Source of the DNA: Gemmatimonadota bacterium
Lineage (GTDB): Bacteria; Gemmatimonadota; Gemmatimonadetes; Longimicrobiales; Gaopeijiaceae
Length of the DNA stretch: 64,000 nt
Assembly (NCBI GenBank): GCA_034521595.1
Contig: JAXHMG010000003.1
Span: 672,001 to 736,000 of the forward strand
Direction: 5' to 3'
Shown here: positions 49,003 through 58,636 of the stretch, in pieces
Position numbering within the stretch: the stretch's first letter is position 1
Layout of the letters: each line of letters starts with the position of its first letter
Made by a program: the position numbers and the translations under genes
Notes under the pieces: generated by a model
Told to the model about the DNA's origin: nothing
What the model saw: the letters and a program-made list of their open reading frames with translations, nothing else
Databases searched by the model: none

Positions 49003-50572
49003 CGGAGCTCCTCCTCGCGTCGTCTTCATCCGGGTCCATGCCCATCGCCGAGGCCCAGGCCTCGTCGGGATCCATGGCCCGATACTCCCGACGCCGGCCA
49101 CCCCGGGTGAGGATCACCGCTCCGAAGCCGACCTGGATCGCGAAGAAGGTGAGCACGCCACCGACGAAGACGAGCAGGCCCGACAGGAATCCGAAGAAGG
49201 GGAGGATCGATACCATGTCGGCGATCACGAATGCCAGGACCAGGCCGATGAGTCCCGCGATGATCGTGTGTACCGGGTTGCTCACGCGCACCCAATCGGT
49301 CCATGCGTAGCCGCTGTCGGCGAGCCACTCCCCGGCGTTCTTCGCTACCGCCAGGTAGCCGAACAACCCGGCGACGACGACCGCGGCCGGGAAGAGTGGC
49401 AGCCAGACGAGCGCCACGGGAATGCCGACGATCGACACGACCAGCGCGACCGCCCCGAGAATCCATACGGGAATGAGGAGGAAGGTGCCCGCGAGGCCGA
49501 CGGCGGTGGCGCGGCCGGGCGCACGGCGGGCGGTCTCGGCCACCAGCTCGAGGTTGTCCCCCGCGAAAGCCACCGCACCCGCTCCGAGGAGGCCGAGAAC
49601 CAACACGATGAACACCTTCTCGATCACGCCCCCGATGCCGCGAACGACGGACTGGAACGGGGCGAAGAAGGAGAATCCGTCGTCCGTGCCGCGCGTGGCG
49701 AGACGGATCTCGTCACGGAGATCGCGACGGATCTCGTCACGGACCTCCGAGCGAATCTGCTCGCGCAGCTCGACGGTTTCGGACCGTTCGTCCTCGAGGA
49801 CGTCGACGACTCCGCCTTCGACCACTCCGACGTTGTGGAGCACGCGGGTGTTGGCAAGGCGTAGCTCACCCGTCACCACGCTTCCTTCGTCGAGTGCTAC
49901 CGAGCCGTCGACCACCACGAGATCGCCACGAATTTCTCCTGCGACCCGCGCCGACCCCCCGATGACGACCGCCGAGCCTTCGACGATCTCGCCCGTCGGG
50001 ACGTCCAGGTCCTCCTCGATATAGACGCTCACCTCCGGCCCGAGGCCCGCCAGCGCCTCTTCGATCACGCTGAGGCGGGCCATGGAGCCGAGAAGGAGGC
50101 GCCGGAGCGCGCTTTCCGGTCCGTTCTGGATCGAGATGGACACACCATCTCCGCCCGGAGTGCTCGCCGCGGGTGACCTGAGCGCTTCCTCGAGCGTCCG
50201 GTCCAGCGCGTCGGCGACTTCCGCGGCTTCACCGGTGAGTGCCGAGGGTGGTGACCAGTCGAGCATCATATCGACGAGCGGTCCGTTCTCCAGCGCGACG
50301 GCCTGGCCGAGGAGCGCGCGCCATGCCGCGTCGAGCTCGCCTCCCGGCTCGAACATGCCCAACTCCGCGCCGTCGACGGTGATGGTCCCGTCGCGGAAGG
50401 CGACCTCGAGCGGGTCGCCCCCGGTGAAGTCGAGCTCCAGCGTGGCTTCGTCGGCCCCGACCGAGACCTGCTTCGCCACGACCTCGCGCACCTGCGCGAG
50501 CCCGTCGGCCGGGAAAGCGACGAGCGCGAGAGCGACCGTCAGAAGGCGGATGAAACCGGATGGGTCACGCAT
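48995..50572 (-). CDS. Membrane protein with bactofilin-like beta-helix and multi-TM C-terminus
   Basis: Signal peptide; VEGSAVVIGGSARVAGEIRGDLVVVDGSV; about 6 TM helices. Confidence 0.7.
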   Translation of the reverse strand: MRDPSGFIRLLTVALALVAFPADGLAQVREVVAKQVSVGADEATLELDFTGGDPLEVAFRDGTITVDGAELGMFEPGGELDAAWRALLGQAVALENGPLVDMMLDWSPPSALTGEAAEVADALDRTLEEALRSPAASTPGGDGVSISIQNGPESALRRLLLGSMARLSVIEEALAGLGPEVSVYIEEDLDVPTGEIVEGSAVVIGGSARVAGEIRGDLVVVDGSVALDEGSVVTGELRLANTRVLHNVGVVEGGVVDVLEDERSETVELREQIRSEVRDEIRRDLRDEIRLATRGTDDGFSFFAPFQSVVRGIGGVIEKVFIVLVLGLLGAGAVAFAGDNLELVAETARRAPGRATAVGLAGTFLLIPVWILGAVALVVSIVGIPVALVWLPLFPAAVVVAGLFGYLAVAKNAGEWLADSGYAWTDWVRVSNPVHTIIAGLIGLVLAFVIADMVSILPFFGFLSGLLVFVGGVLTFFAIQVGFGAVILTRGGRRREYRAMDPDEAWASAMGMDPDEDDARRSSDV

Positions 50573-51524
50573 GGCTGATATCCACCGAGCGAGCGGCGAC
50601 GAGGTTCTTGTAAAGCACGCGCAGCGCGAGCACCACGAGCAAAGAGTACGCGGTCGTCGCGGCCGCGACCGTGAAGGGCGCGGAGCCCATCGTTTCGAGG
50701 ACGCCTTGCAGCCCGAGCGCCCCGATGGCTTGAGCGGCGGCGCCGACGCCGGCGCTCCAAGCGGCCGCGGCGAGGTCACCGAGCTGCCACCAGACGTACG
50801 AGATGAGCGTTTCGGCTGTCAGGGCCGGGTGGGAGAAGACTGCGTACACCACCAGCCCGAAGGTCACCACGGGAGTCACGGCCGCTCCGGAGAGCGCTGC
50901 CCAGGCGCGGCGCGTTTGCGGCACCAACGTCCGCGCCCGACCCAACCAACGCGCCGCCTTGGCCGCACCGGACGGGAGGCCGGGAACCGCGGCCGGGGCG
51001 CGAGCGGGTTCCGGAAGGCTCACGCGAGCCATCACGGCGCTTTCGAACCCTTCGGAAGGGGCGAGCTCCCCGAGACTGTCCAGTGAATGGAACAGATCCG
51101 TCCAGCGCCGTGCTTCGTCGGCGCAGGCGCCACAGGCGTCGAGATGCCGCTCGACCCGGACGGCCTGCCGGCGGGGCAGTGCCCCGTCGACGAAGCTCTG
51201 CACGAGCTCGGGCTCCACGTGTCCGGTCGCTCCCGCGCCGAGCCACCCGTTCACCCACTCTCGGATCCGCTCCGTCAGGGGCTGTGGCTCGGGGATCCGG
51301 ACCTGCATCATCACCCGATCCGTGAACCCTTCGTGGGGCCTCAGGCCCCGGAGCTCTCCGAGATCCGCGAACACCGTGCGCCACGCATCCAGCTCACTCG
51401 AGCAACGAGCACAGCGCTCGAGGTGCTTCTCGGTATGACGGAGCTCTCGCTTGGAAAGCTCCCCCTCGAGAAACGCCTGGAGCCGCTCGGCGCTCAGATG
51501 TTCGTTGTCCTTGCGTGTCGTCAC
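50565..51524 (-). CDS. Anti-sigma factor with two zf-HC2 (ZAS) domains and TM helices
   Basis: HLERCARC and HLDACGAC (HxxxCxxC) in duplicated units; directly downstream of the ECF sigma. Confidence 0.85.
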   Translation of the reverse strand: MTTRKDNEHLSAERLQAFLEGELSKRELRHTEKHLERCARCSSELDAWRTVFADLGELRGLRPHEGFTDRVMMQVRIPEPQPLTERIREWVNGWLGAGATGHVEPELVQSFVDGALPRRQAVRVERHLDACGACADEARRWTDLFHSLDSLGELAPSEGFESAVMARVSLPEPARAPAAVPGLPSGAAKAARWLGRARTLVPQTRRAWAALSGAAVTPVVTFGLVVYAVFSHPALTAETLISYVWWQLGDLAAAAWSAGVGAAAQAIGALGLQGVLETMGSAPFTVAAATTAYSLLVVLALRVLYKNLVAARSVDISHA

Positions 51525-51555
51525 GTTCGTGCTCCGGTTGCTTGCGTACGTCCAA

Positions 51556-51585
51556 CCCTACGGGTCTCGTGCGTCATCAGTTTCA
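51556..51585 (-). promoter_or_regulatory. ECF (SigW-type) promoter upstream of the anti-sigma gene
   Basis: Minus strand TGAAAC-N17-CGTAGGG. Confidence 0.65.
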
Positions 51586-51635
51586 AACGCCACCACGGGT
51601 TCCAAAGGAGTGACGCGCCCCCGCCGTGCCTTCGT

Positions 51636-52310
51636 TCATGGTTGCAGGTAGGCGAGCCGGTCTTTGAGCTCCCCACGAGCGCGGTGGATATACGTTTTGA
51701 CCGTCCCCAGCGGCACTTCCATGATCTCGGCGATCTCGTCGTAGGCGTACCCCTCGACGTGCCGCAGGAGAATGGCCGTCCGGTACTCCTCCCGGAGTGA
51801 GCCGATGGCTTCCTCGATCTGGCCGCCGAGCTCGCGGTTTTCGACATACTCGTGCGGACTTTCGTCGTCCGCTGGGAGGTCCAGCCGGCTGCGACCCACC
51901 TCCTCGTCGGTGGAGGCGTGGGGGGACCCGTCAATCGACACCGTATCGAGCTTCTTCTTGCGCAGATAGTCGATCGTGTGGTTGTTCGCGATCTTCAGGA
52001 TCCAGTTGCTGAATTTGTAGCTGGGCTTGTACGACGAGATCGCGTTGAACGCCCGCACGAAGGCTTCCTGGGCCAGGTCCTCCGCCAGCGTTCGGTCCCC
52101 CACCATGCGGTATACGAGGGAGAACACCGGCCGTTCGTACCGGCGCAGTAGCTCTCGGAAGGCCGGCTCCCGGCCCCGCGCGGCGAGGCCGGCCAGCTTC
52201 CGGTCGTCGAGTTCGCCGTAGTCGGTCGCGACCAGCGGTTCCGTATCCTGACTAGGGTGGGCCAGTCGTCGAGCGAAGGCCGTTTCCACCGGTGAGGTAG
52301 GGGTATCCAT
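51636..52310 (-). CDS. ECF sigma factor (SigW/RpoE-like)
   Basis: AEDLAQEAF, FSNWILKIANN, YDEIAEIMEVPLGTVKTYIHRAR. Confidence 0.93.
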   Translation of the reverse strand: MDTPTSPVETAFARRLAHPSQDTEPLVATDYGELDDRKLAGLAARGREPAFRELLRRYERPVFSLVYRMVGDRTLAEDLAQEAFVRAFNAISSYKPSYKFSNWILKIANNHTIDYLRKKKLDTVSIDGSPHASTDEEVGRSRLDLPADDESPHEYVENRELGGQIEEAIGSLREEYRTAILLRHVEGYAYDEIAEIMEVPLGTVKTYIHRARGELKDRLAYLQP

Positions 52311-52317
52311 GGAACGT

Positions 52318-52347
52318 CCCTACGCACGCCGGCGACCCTCGGTTTCG
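52318..52347 (-). promoter_or_regulatory. ECF (SigW-type) autoregulatory promoter
   Basis: Minus strand CGAAAC-N17-CGTAGGG immediately upstream of the sigma gene. Confidence 0.65.
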
Positions 52348-52451
52348 ATCCCGGGCGTTGAGGCGCCCCCCCGGTTCGCCTAGCTTTCACGGCACGCGGC
52401 CACCAGGCGTTTTGGGGCTCCCGAAAGCTATCCCACCGGACCATCCCTGTC

Positions 52452-53180
52452 ATGCAATCCCCATCCGACGCGGCGCCGAAGGCCGGCGCCGACCGGGAGC
52501 GGCAGGTGCAGCGCATCTTCTCGGAGATCGCGCCGCGCTACGACCTGCTGAACCACGTGCTCAGCCTGAACATCGATCGTTCGTGGCGCAGAAAGGCGAT
52601 CGCGAGCCTCGGATGGGAGTCCGCCCCCGAGGGTCACTACCTGGATGCCTGCTCGGGCACGTTCGACCTCGCGCTCGAACTCGAGCGTCGAGAGGGTTTT
52701 CACGGGCAGGTCGTGGCTTCCGATTTCGCTCATCCCATGCTGGTGCAGGGAGGAGAGAAGATCTCCGGGAGCCGGATTCGGCCCGTGTGTGGCGATTCGC
52801 TCGGATTACCCTTCCCGGACGACGTGTTCTCGGGGGCCACCGTGGGATTCGGCGTGCGGAACCTTGCGAATCTGGAAGCCGGGTTGAGGGAGTTCCGGCG
52901 CGTCCTCGAACCCGGGCGGCGTCTGGTCATTCTGGAGTTCACGACCCCGCCGAACGCTCTGATGCGCGCGGGCTACCTCTTCTACTTCCGGCGGGTCCTG
53001 CCGCTCGTGGGCCGGATCGTTTCCGGGCATCCGTGGGCTTACAGCTACCTGCCCGAGTCGGTCAAGGAGTTTCCCGAGCCGGCCGACCTCGGAGCGCTGC
53101 TGGAATCGGTGGGGTTCCACGACGTGGGGTGGCGCTTGCTGACCGGGGGAATTGCGGCGATCCACTGGGGATCGGCCTGA
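52452..53180 (+). CDS. ubiE: UbiE/MenG quinone C-methyltransferase
   Basis: FSEIAPRYDLLNHVLS, LDACSGT, FGVRN, YSYLPES. Confidence 0.92.
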   Translation: MQSPSDAAPKAGADRERQVQRIFSEIAPRYDLLNHVLSLNIDRSWRRKAIASLGWESAPEGHYLDACSGTFDLALELERREGFHGQVVASDFAHPMLVQGGEKISGSRIRPVCGDSLGLPFPDDVFSGATVGFGVRNLANLEAGLREFRRVLEPGRRLVILEFTTPPNALMRAGYLFYFRRVLPLVGRIVSGHPWAYSYLPESVKEFPEPADLGALLESVGFHDVGWRLLTGGIAAIHWGSA

Positions 53181-53268
53181 GCTGCCCCGGACGCTGCTAG
53201 CCGGTCGGCCACGAGAACCTGCAGAGCCGGTCCGCTCGCCATCGGGGGCACCAGGCTGCAGGGGCTCT

Positions 53269-54705
53269 TCAGGGAGCCTCCAGCACCGAAACGGGTCCGA
53301 GCTCCTCGAGGCGATCTCGACCGATCCGGGTCGTGTCTCCCACCACCAGGATCGTCATGTCGTCCGGACGCAAGTGGGTGTCGAAGACTTCAGCGACATC
53401 TCCAGGTCGGACGCGTTGCACCCCGTCGAGGTAGCGCTCGAGCCAGTTCTCGGGAAGATCCTGGGAGATGTGCGACATCGTTCGCGAGACGATCTGTGAC
53501 GCATTGTCGAAGTTGAACACGAATCCGTTCACGATCCGGTCGATGGTCGTCTGAACTTCTTCCTTGGTGGGGGGCTCCGTGCCGAGGCCCCGCATCGTCT
53601 CCAGGATGGTACGGGTGGCCGCGACCGCCGTTTCGGGTCCGGTCCGGGTGACGGCTCCGAGGAGGCCCGGATAGCGTCTCGGCGTGGTCCACAGCGACGA
53701 GGCCGAATAGGCGTAGCCTTCTTCGGTTCGCACCCGCTCCATGATGCGGCTGGAGAAGCCGCCCCCGCCGAGCACCGCGTTCCCGATCGTGGCGGCGAAG
53801 TACTCGGGATCGTCGGCGAGGGGGAGATCGGTCGGGTGGGCCATCACGATGACGGCCTGGTCCGATTCCTTGTGCATCACGTAGACGCCGGGGCGAGCCG
53901 GTACATCCGGGATCGGAGGATCCGGGAGGGGCTCGTCGCACTCCGGGACGCGGGCCACGAAACGCTCGAGAACGGGGCGTGCTTCCGGCCAGGAGACATC
54001 GCCGGTCAGGCCGAGCAAGAGGTTGTCGCGACAGACGATGCGATCGTGCACGTCCCGAAGGCGCTCGCGTGTCAAGGCTTCCGGGTCGAGGTCGACAGGG
54101 GTCATCTCCCAACCGATGGGGTGATCCCCGTAGAGCAGGTGGTTGAACTCCGAGAACGCCAGGGACGACGGGTTGTCCGGCCGCCTGCGGACGCTCTCGA
54201 GCTGCCGGCCGCGCCAGATCTCGACTTCCTCGCGCTCGAACGCGGGCTCCGTGAGCATGCGGCCCCACAGGGTCATGGCCTCTTCGAAGTGCTCGGTGAG
54301 CACATTCATGCTCGAGGATATGGAGCCCCCGCCGCTCCCGAACGAGAGCTGGATGGCGAACCTTTCGATCTCGGAGTCGACCGATTCGGGGGACATGTTC
54401 CGGACGCCGCCGTACCGTAGAAGCGGCGGCAATCCGGTGGCCGCCGCGTAGTGGGAGCGCGGGAAGAATCCGTAGCCTCCCTCGAAGCCGGCGAGCACCG
54501 TCACCAGGGGAAGATCGTGGTCTTCCAGCACGAGCACCGGAACCTCCCCGACTTCGTGACGGTCGGGCTCGGGCTGCTCGAAGCTGAGGGGCTCGAACTC
54601 CATCGCCTCGATGCGCTCGCGCGCCGAGTCGACTTGCGCGGTCAGCTCTCCGCCAAAGACGGCCGCCAAGCCACCGAGCATGCAGTAGAGCCGCACCGCG
54701 GACAT
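53269..54705 (-). CDS. M16 peptidase, non-catalytic subunit
   Basis: EDHDLP, GGGGFSSRIMERVRTEEGYAYS; lacks HXXEH. Confidence 0.85.
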   Translation of the reverse strand: MSAVRLYCMLGGLAAVFGGELTAQVDSARERIEAMEFEPLSFEQPEPDRHEVGEVPVLVLEDHDLPLVTVLAGFEGGYGFFPRSHYAAATGLPPLLRYGGVRNMSPESVDSEIERFAIQLSFGSGGGSISSSMNVLTEHFEEAMTLWGRMLTEPAFEREEVEIWRGRQLESVRRRPDNPSSLAFSEFNHLLYGDHPIGWEMTPVDLDPEALTRERLRDVHDRIVCRDNLLLGLTGDVSWPEARPVLERFVARVPECDEPLPDPPIPDVPARPGVYVMHKESDQAVIVMAHPTDLPLADDPEYFAATIGNAVLGGGGFSSRIMERVRTEEGYAYSASSLWTTPRRYPGLLGAVTRTGPETAVAATRTILETMRGLGTEPPTKEEVQTTIDRIVNGFVFNFDNASQIVSRTMSHISQDLPENWLERYLDGVQRVRPGDVAEVFDTHLRPDDMTILVVGDTTRIGRDRLEELGPVSVLEAP

Positions 54706-54719
54706 CCCGCCTTTCCGAC

Positions 54720-56228
54720 TCACGAGTCCTCTCGAAGCCGGAGGGCGACGGTCCGCCCCTCCTCGACGAGGTACCGTTCCGCGGCGCGGCGCACCTCGTG
54801 CAAGGTCAGGTCGTGTAGGCGTTCGGGCCCGCGGAACGTCTCCCGCCAATCGTCCCAGAGTGATTCGGATTCGGCGAGCTGAAAGGCGAGCCCGAGGTTC
54901 GACCGCATGCGGCGGACGCTACTCGCCGCGACCTGATTACGGACCCGCTCGAGCTCTTCGGGGGTCGGACCTTCTCTGCGGAGCCGCGCGATCTCCTCGT
55001 ACACGAGCGCTTCGATCTCCTTCGGGGTGTGTGGGGCGCGTGGGGTCACGTCGATCTGAAGAAGACCGGGGAACCGGCGTCCCGGCCCGATGGAGCTATA
55101 GACGCTCGTGGCGACCCGTTCTTCGGTGACCAACCGCCGGTGCAGTCTCGAGCTTCGCCCTCCGGTGAGCAGCGACGACAACACCTCGACGGCGGCGGCG
55201 TCTTCGTGGAAGGCGGACGGGACACGCCAGCCGATGCGCAGCGCGGGCTCGGCGTTCCAGGAGACTTCCACCCTGCGCTCTTCTTCCTGCGGAGGTTCGG
55301 TCTCGGTCACCGCGGGCGGAGGCTCACCGGCGGCGAGCTCACCGAAATAGCGTTGTGCGTACCCTTCAACGACGTCGGGGTCGATGTCACCGACGATGAC
55401 GGCGACGGCGTTGTTCGGGGTGTAGTAGCGGCGGTGGTATGCCCTGAGGTCGCGTCTGGAGATCCTCTCGAGGTCCCGTACGTGGCCCACCACCGGACGC
55501 CCGTAGGGATGCTCCTCGAATGCCGTCGCGAGGAAGCGCTCGTAGAGGGTGCCTTGGGGGCTCGCGTCGACGCGCATGCGGCGTTCTTCGAGCACCACGC
55601 TCCGCTCGGAATAGAACTCGCGGAACACGGGGTTCTGCATGCGGTCTGCTTCGAGCACGAACCAGAGCTCGGTTCGGTTGGACGGCAACTCCATGAAGTA
55701 GGTCGTGGCTTCGGAGGTCGTGGTGGCGTTGATCCCCTGCGCCCCTTCCCGGGTCAGGATCCGGTCGAACGCATTGCTCTGCACGTGTACGCGTGCAGAG
55801 TCTTCGAGCTCTTCGATCCGCTCGGAGAGCCGGGATATCTCGGTCGAATCGCCGCTTGCCCGTGCTACGAGGAGCGTGTCGTGCACCGCGTCCATGCGGG
55901 TGAAGAGGGCGCGCTCGGCCTCCAGGTTCTCTGTGCCGATGGTGGTCGTGCCCTTGAAGAGCATGTGCTCGAGCAGGTGCACGATGCCGGACTGTCCGGG
56001 TTCTTCGTGCACCCCTCCGATGCCGAATCGGAGCACGAACGACGCGGTCGGTGCCCCTTCCCGGGGTAGAATGAGAAAGCGCATCCCGTTGTCGAGCGTA
56101 ACCTCCCGCACGGATAGCCGCTCCCCGGGAGTGGGGTCCGTGGGTTCCTGGCCGGTCGCGGGCGAGACGAGGCTGGCCGTGGCCAGCGTCACGACCAGGA
56201 GCCAGCGGCGGAACGGAAGTCTAGCCAT
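54720..56228 (-). CDS. M16 zinc peptidase, catalytic subunit
   Basis: HLLEHMLFKGT, NATT, ERSVVLEE, YYTPNNA; signal peptide. Confidence 0.9.
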   Translation of the reverse strand: MARLPFRRWLLVVTLATASLVSPATGQEPTDPTPGERLSVREVTLDNGMRFLILPREGAPTASFVLRFGIGGVHEEPGQSGIVHLLEHMLFKGTTTIGTENLEAERALFTRMDAVHDTLLVARASGDSTEISRLSERIEELEDSARVHVQSNAFDRILTREGAQGINATTTSEATTYFMELPSNRTELWFVLEADRMQNPVFREFYSERSVVLEERRMRVDASPQGTLYERFLATAFEEHPYGRPVVGHVRDLERISRRDLRAYHRRYYTPNNAVAVIVGDIDPDVVEGYAQRYFGELAAGEPPPAVTETEPPQEEERRVEVSWNAEPALRIGWRVPSAFHEDAAAVEVLSSLLTGGRSSRLHRRLVTEERVATSVYSSIGPGRRFPGLLQIDVTPRAPHTPKEIEALVYEEIARLRREGPTPEELERVRNQVAASSVRRMRSNLGLAFQLAESESLWDDWRETFRGPERLHDLTLHEVRRAAERYLVEEGRTVALRLREDS

Positions 56229-57090
56229 GCCGCTCGCCTCCCGGTTCCTTTTGGGTGGTGGGCTCGGTGGGCTGGCACTTCGGGCAGAAGAAGGCCGAAC
56301 GGCCACTGAAGACCGTGCGCTCGACCCGAGTGCCACAGCGGATGCACGGCGCGCCGGCGCGCCCGTAGACGGCCAGCGAGGGCCCGTATCGTCCTTCTTT
56401 TCCCTCGGCCGTTCTGTAGTCACGAAGAGTGGTTCCTCCTGCCCGGATCGCTTCCCGAAGTACCCGGCGTAGCGCACGGTGGAGCCGGCGCGCTTCGTCC
56501 GGGATGATCCCGTGGGCGGGTCGCCGTGGATCGATTCCTGCCAGATAGAGTGCTTCGTTGGCGTAGATGTTCCCGATACCGGCGATGCGTTTCTGGTCGA
56601 GGAGCCATGATCGTATGGGCGCGCGCGACCGTCCGAGCCGGCTCGACAGGGCCCGTGCCGTGAATCGGCGGTCGAACGGCTCCGGTCCCATCCGCCCGGC
56701 CCGGTCGGCCCAGTCCGCCTCGGTCAACCATTCGACGGTACCGAAGCGGCGTACGTCGTCGAAGACGAGGAGGGTCCCGCCGTGGAGCTCGAAGGTGACC
56801 GTGGCATGGATGGGAATGTGGAAGCCGGCCGGCGGCTCGGGAAAGGCGAGGAGGCGGCCGGTCATTCCGAGATTCAAGGCCAGCACGCCGCTTTCGGAGA
56901 GTCGGACGACGACGTTTTTACCGCGCCGGTCCACCGATTCGACGCGCCGGCCGTCGATCTCCCGGGTGAGCTCGGCGGCCGGCGTGCGGAGAACGTCCGG
57001 GAATCGTATCGCGACCCCGGTGATCGTGTGCCCCACGATGTGCGGGCGCAGGCTGCGAACGATGGTTTCGACTTCCGGAAGCTCGGGCAT
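56221..57090 (-). CDS. mutM: Formamidopyrimidine-DNA glycosylase
   Basis: MPELPEVE, RRGK, LGMTG, GIGNIYANE, C-terminal zinc finger CIRC..CPKC. Confidence 0.96.
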   Translation of the reverse strand: MPELPEVETIVRSLRPHIVGHTITGVAIRFPDVLRTPAAELTREIDGRRVESVDRRGKNVVVRLSESGVLALNLGMTGRLLAFPEPPAGFHIPIHATVTFELHGGTLLVFDDVRRFGTVEWLTEADWADRAGRMGPEPFDRRFTARALSSRLGRSRAPIRSWLLDQKRIAGIGNIYANEALYLAGIDPRRPAHGIIPDEARRLHRALRRVLREAIRAGGTTLRDYRTAEGKEGRYGPSLAVYGRAGAPCIRCGTRVERTVFSGRSAFFCPKCQPTEPTTQKEPGGERHG

Positions 57091-57115
57091 GAAGCGGGTG
57101 TCGGGGAGGGGGAGG

Positions 57116-57301
57116 TCAGTCCAGCGCGACCGCCGTGCCCGCGCAGGTGACCATGAGCATGCTGCCCCCTTTTCCGATGACCTCGTAGTCCAAGTCGACC
57201 GAGAGAACGGCGTTCGCCCCGATGATCGCTTCGCCCATCACGATCCCCTGGTATTCCCGGACACGGCGACCTTCGACGGACGGCGTCGTGGTGATGATCA
57301 A
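57116..57301 (-). pseudogene. ybjQ: YbjQ/UPF0145 family gene with internal in-frame deletion (61 aa)
   Basis: IITTTPSVEG..GEAIIGAN fused directly to AVLSVDLDYE..MLMVTCAGTAV; central RD..GGRS..YE helix missing; TTG start overlaps purD stop. Confidence 0.7.
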
Positions 57302-58581
57302 GAGAGTCCCCGACGTTGACGTTCCTTCCAGCCGATATCCCTGCGGAAGAACGCCCCCTCGAACTCCACCCGAGCCGCGGCCTCCCGACTGGCGTCGGCA
57401 GCGCGCCCGAAGGTTGGAGCGAGAGCCGTGACGGCGAGCACGCGGCCACCGGAGGTCACGAGCCGGCCTTCCTCTTGGCGCGTTCCCGCGTGGAAGATCA
57501 TCAGGTCTTCCCGTTCGAGGTCGTCGGGTAGGGTAACGGTCCGTCCGGTCTCGTAGCTTCCGGGATAGCCTTCGGAAGCTACGACGGTCGTCACGGCTGC
57601 GCCCGCTTTCGTACGCGCCGTGTGGCCCTGGAGCGTGCCGCCTTCGGCGACTTCCCGGACGAGGTCGAGCAAGGACGAGTCGAGGAGAGGGAGCACCGCC
57701 TGCGCCTCGGGATCTCCGAAGCGGCAGTTGAACTCGACGACTCGGAGGCCTTCCTCCGTCTTCATGAGCCCGGCGTAGAGGAGGCCGTGGAACGGTGAGC
57801 CGTCGGCCGCCATGGCTTCCAGGGTCGGTCCGACGATCCGATCCGAGACCTCCGCGAGGAGCCGCTCGTCGGTCAACGCGACCGGGGCGTAGGCTCCCAT
57901 CCCTCCGGTGTTGGGGCCTTCGTCGCCCTCGCCAACCCGTTTGTGGTCCTGAGAGGGCTCGAGGAGCACGAAGTTCGTGCCGTCGGTCACGGCGAACACC
58001 GACAGCTCTTCTCCTTCCATGAACTCCTCGACCACGACCTCCCGGCCGGCTTCGCCGAAGGCGTCGTCGCCGAGCATGGCGTCCACGGCAGCCACCGCCT
58101 CGTCCACCGTGGCACATACGATGGCGCCTTTGCCGGCGGCCAGGCCCGAGGCTTTCACGACGATGGGCGCGCCCCGGTCGCGGATCCACGCGTGAGCCCG
58201 GTCGGGGTTGGTGAAGCTACGGTGCTCGGCGGTGGGAATGCCGGCCTCGTGCATGAGGTGCTTCGCCCACGCCTTGTTGGATTCGATGCGGGCCGCGCGC
58301 GCCGTGGGCCCGAAGACGGCCAGGCCCCTTTCCTCGAAGCGGTCCGCGATCCCCGCCGCGAGAGGTTTTTCGGGGCCGACGACGGTCAGGTCGATATCTT
58401 GTGCCTCCGCCCACGCGGCCAACCCCTCGACGTCGGTCGGTGCGAGGTCCACGGGCTCGCAGCGCCCGGTCATGCCTCCGTTGGGCCGCGTCACGAAAAA
58501 CGTCGCGTCCGGGGCGTCCCGGCGCAGCTTCCACAACAGGGCGTGCTCCCGCCCTCCGTTCCCCACGATCAGGATGCGCAT
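57298..58581 (-). CDS. purD: Phosphoribosylamine-glycine ligase
   Basis: GNGGREHAL, VVGPE, KASGLAAGKG, GPNTGGMGAY, EFNCRFGDPE, GGRVL. Confidence 0.97.
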   Translation of the reverse strand: MRILIVGNGGREHALLWKLRRDAPDATFFVTRPNGGMTGRCEPVDLAPTDVEGLAAWAEAQDIDLTVVGPEKPLAAGIADRFEERGLAVFGPTARAARIESNKAWAKHLMHEAGIPTAEHRSFTNPDRAHAWIRDRGAPIVVKASGLAAGKGAIVCATVDEAVAAVDAMLGDDAFGEAGREVVVEEFMEGEELSVFAVTDGTNFVLLEPSQDHKRVGEGDEGPNTGGMGAYAPVALTDERLLAEVSDRIVGPTLEAMAADGSPFHGLLYAGLMKTEEGLRVVEFNCRFGDPEAQAVLPLLDSSLLDLVREVAEGGTLQGHTARTKAGAAVTTVVASEGYPGSYETGRTVTLPDDLEREDLMIFHAGTRQEEGRLVTSGGRVLAVTALAPTFGRAADASREAAARVEFEGAFFRRDIGWKERQRRGLS

Positions 58582-58636
58582 GGGCCGGAGTCTACGCCTG
58601 TCGCGGGGAAAGAAAAGGGGCGAGGCGGACGACGGC

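Noticed and set aside
49700-49760. Direct DNA repeat GACGGATCTCGTCACGGA at a 24-nt period
   Set aside because: Explained by the coding repeat (V/L)RDEIR in a charged helix.
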